Source of the DNA: an uncultured Gammaproteobacteria bacterium
GTDB lineage: Bacteria; Pseudomonadota; Gammaproteobacteria; SZUA-229
Reading direction: 5' to 3'
DNA length: 64,000 bases
Assembly (NCBI GenBank): GCA_942492025.1
Contig: CALODJ010000004.1
Span: 84,226-148,225, forward strand
In this document: positions 62,281 through 64,000 of the stretch, in pieces
How positions within the stretch are numbered: the stretch's first letter is position 1
How the letters are laid out: every line of letters starts with the position of its first letter
The notes under the pieces: generated by a model
What the model was told of the DNA's origin: nothing
The model's database searches: none
Seen by the model: only the letters and a program-made list of their open reading frames with translations
Made by a program: the position numbers and the translations under genes

Positions 62281-62479
62281 CCGCAGAGGCGCAGAGGTAA
62301 CATGTTGATATTGCTGTCTGTTTTAGGGGCTGAAGTTGGCCTGGTTGTTCGATGTATGTACAGCTTGAAGATAGTACAATGGATTCAGTGGCAGCGTGGT
62401 TTACATGTGATTTTATCGAATCAAAAAACTTCTCTGAGTCTCTGCGGTAAATGAATCAGTTCTGCGGTCAAAATAAAAG

Positions 62480-63913
62480 ATGAATTACGAAGCAGTTATC
62501 GGCCTGGAAATACACGTCCAGCTGGCCACGAAATCGAAAATCTTTTCCGGTGCCAGCACCGCCTACGGTGCCGAGCCCAACACGCAGGCCTGTGCGGTCG
62601 ATGTGGCGCTGCCCGGTGTGCTGCCGGTATTGAATAAGGAAGTCGTGCACATGGCGACCAGGTTCGGTCTGGCGATCGAGGCTGAAGTTGCGCAACGCTC
62701 AGTTTTTGCACGCAAGAATTACTTTTATCCCGATCTGCCCAAGGGGTACCAGATAAGTCAGTATGAGCAGCCGATCGTGGGTAAGGGCCATATCGATATC
62801 GAGCTGGAAAATGGTGAGACCAAGCGCATTGGCGTCACCCGCGCGCATCTCGAGGAGGATGCCGGTAAATCATTGCACGAGGATTTTGCCGGCATGACCG
62901 GTATCGATCTTAATCGCGCCGGTACACCCTTACTTGAAGTCGTGTCCGAGCCGGATATGCGCACGGCAGCAGAAGCTGTGGCCTACATGAAGAAAATGCA
63001 TTCACTGGTTCGTTATCTGGAAATCTGTGACGGTAATATGCAGGAAGGGTCTTTTCGTTGCGATGCCAACGTTTCGATACGTCCTGCAGGTCAGCAGGCA
63101 TTCGGCACACGGACCGAAATCAAGAATATCAATTCGTTCCGCTTCGTCGAGCGCGCGATCAATCATGAAATTGAACGTCAGATCGATCTGATCGAAGACG
63201 GTGGCGAAGTTGTACAGGAAACCCGTCTGTATGATTCCGCCAAGGATGAGACGCGTTCCATGCGCAGTAAGGAAGAAGCCAATGATTACCGCTATTTTCC
63301 AGACCCGGATCTGCTACCGGTCGTCATTGACCAGGCCTACCTTGATCAGGTTGGTATGGAGCTGCCTGAGTTGCCTGACCAGAAAAAACAGCGTTACATC
63401 AAGGCCTTCGACTTATCTGCCTATGATGCCGGCGTGCTCACCAGCTCACGCGAACTGGCCGATTATTTCGAGATTGTTGCAGCAAAAACAGGTGATCCCA
63501 AGTTGTCGGCCAACTGGATCAGCGGTGAGCTTGCGGCGCGGCTCAACAGGGAAGAACTGGACATCAGCGCATCGAAAGTCAGTGCTGAGGCCTATGCAGA
63601 ACTTCTGACGCGGATCAAAGACAACACCTTATCGGGCAAAATTGCCAAGGATGTTTTTGAAGCCATGTGGCAAGGTGAGGGGAGTGCTGACGAGATCATC
63701 GAAAGCAGGGGCCTGAAGCAAATTACAGACACTGGCGCTATCGAGGCCATGGTCGATGCAGCGATTGCCAGCAATCCCGAGCAGTTTGAGCAGCTCAAGG
63801 GCGGCAAGGACAAACTGATGGGCTTTTTTGTCGGCCAGGTAATGAAAGCCTCGAAAGGCAAGGCCAATCCTGCTCAGGTCAATGAACTTATGCGTAAAAA
63901 GCTGGAAAATTAA
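62480..63913 (+). CDS. gatB: Glu-tRNA(Gln) amidotransferase subunit B
   Basis: [24 protein letters not shown]…; 477 aa. Confidence 0.9.
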   Translation: MNYEAVIGLEIHVQLATKSKIFSGASTAYGAEPNTQACAVDVALPGVLPVLNKEVVHMATRFGLAIEAEVAQRSVFARKNYFYPDLPKGYQISQYEQPIVGKGHIDIELENGETKRIGVTRAHLEEDAGKSLHEDFAGMTGIDLNRAGTPLLEVVSEPDMRTAAEAVAYMKKMHSLVRYLEICDGNMQEGSFRCDANVSIRPAGQQAFGTRTEIKNINSFRFVERAINHEIERQIDLIEDGGEVVQETRLYDSAKDETRSMRSKEEANDYRYFPDPDLLPVVIDQAYLDQVGMELPELPDQKKQRYIKAFDLSAYDAGVLTSSRELADYFEIVAAKTGDPKLSANWISGELAARLNREELDISASKVSAEAYAELLTRIKDNTLSGKIAKDVFEAMWQGEGSADEIIESRGLKQITDTGAIEAMVDAAIASNPEQFEQLKGGKDKLMGFFVGQVMKASKGKANPAQVNELMRKKLEN

Positions 63914-64000
63914 CCACGTGGCACAGAGAAGGCGTGGGTGGGTGTTGATCAACTTTAGCTGAGGCCTTTGCCGCCAATGGTCACATAGCTTGCGACGATA

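Noticed and set aside
62300-62479. gatA–gatB intergenic region as an sRNA or element
   Set aside because: It has only short local repeats (TCTGCGGT twice) and the solo MITE end. There is no convincing promoter-plus-terminator pair or conserved structure that I can support from sequence alone.

Overview
This is a chromosomal segment from a gammaproteobacterium. Its gene order resembles Pseudomonas, but it is more AT-rich than true Pseudomonas, so I assume a more distant (possibly marine) relative. Most of it is core housekeeping.

Core gene content, in order:
- 5' partial ponA/mrcA (PBP1A, minus strand), divergent from pilMNOPQ (type IV pilus assembly).
- An extra lipoprotein gene, then aroK-aroB, a dGTPase-like gene, and dnaG, which is convergent with rpoH-ftsXEY on the minus strand.
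- Two tandem M16 peptidases, rsmD, coaD, a small ferredoxin, and ggt.
- A loosely packed segment (21.2–26.7 kb) with hypothetical proteins, a hybrid histidine kinase, MITEs, and a tiny Arg-rich ORF.
- rluA, an orphan gspB-gspA pair, fadH, a DUF255 thioredoxin-domain protein, dusA, a DUF3187-like protein, cytochrome c, and a CopD/HemJ-like membrane protein.
- rpe-gph and a trp locus (leader peptide, trpE, an inserted secreted-protein gene, trpGDC), convergent with crp/vfr.
- osmC, rep, a cytochrome-c–FTR1 fusion permease, a three-gene SoeABC-like cytoplasmic-facing molybdoenzyme, an AAA ATPase, mreBCD (minus strand), and gatCAB.

Non-coding content: I found no rRNA, tRNA, or CRISPR array. The most striking non-genic signal is a dense population of miniature inverted-repeat elements (MITEs):
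- An IS5-like ~240-bp family with TTAA/CTAG target duplications, in 3 copies plus a solo end.
- A second family with CAGAGGCGCAGAG-type ends.
- A ~70-bp perfect palindromic element nested inside two other MITEs.
- A dispersed REP-like 19-mer.

I could not recognise a canonical defence, toxin or secretion system that is new as a whole. The candidates for undescribed biology are the MITE-bracketed AAA ATPase, the trpE/trpG insertion, the post-pilQ lipoprotein, the 21–27 kb accessory-like segment, and the SoeABC-like and cFTR1 modules. Each is listed below with an explicit test.
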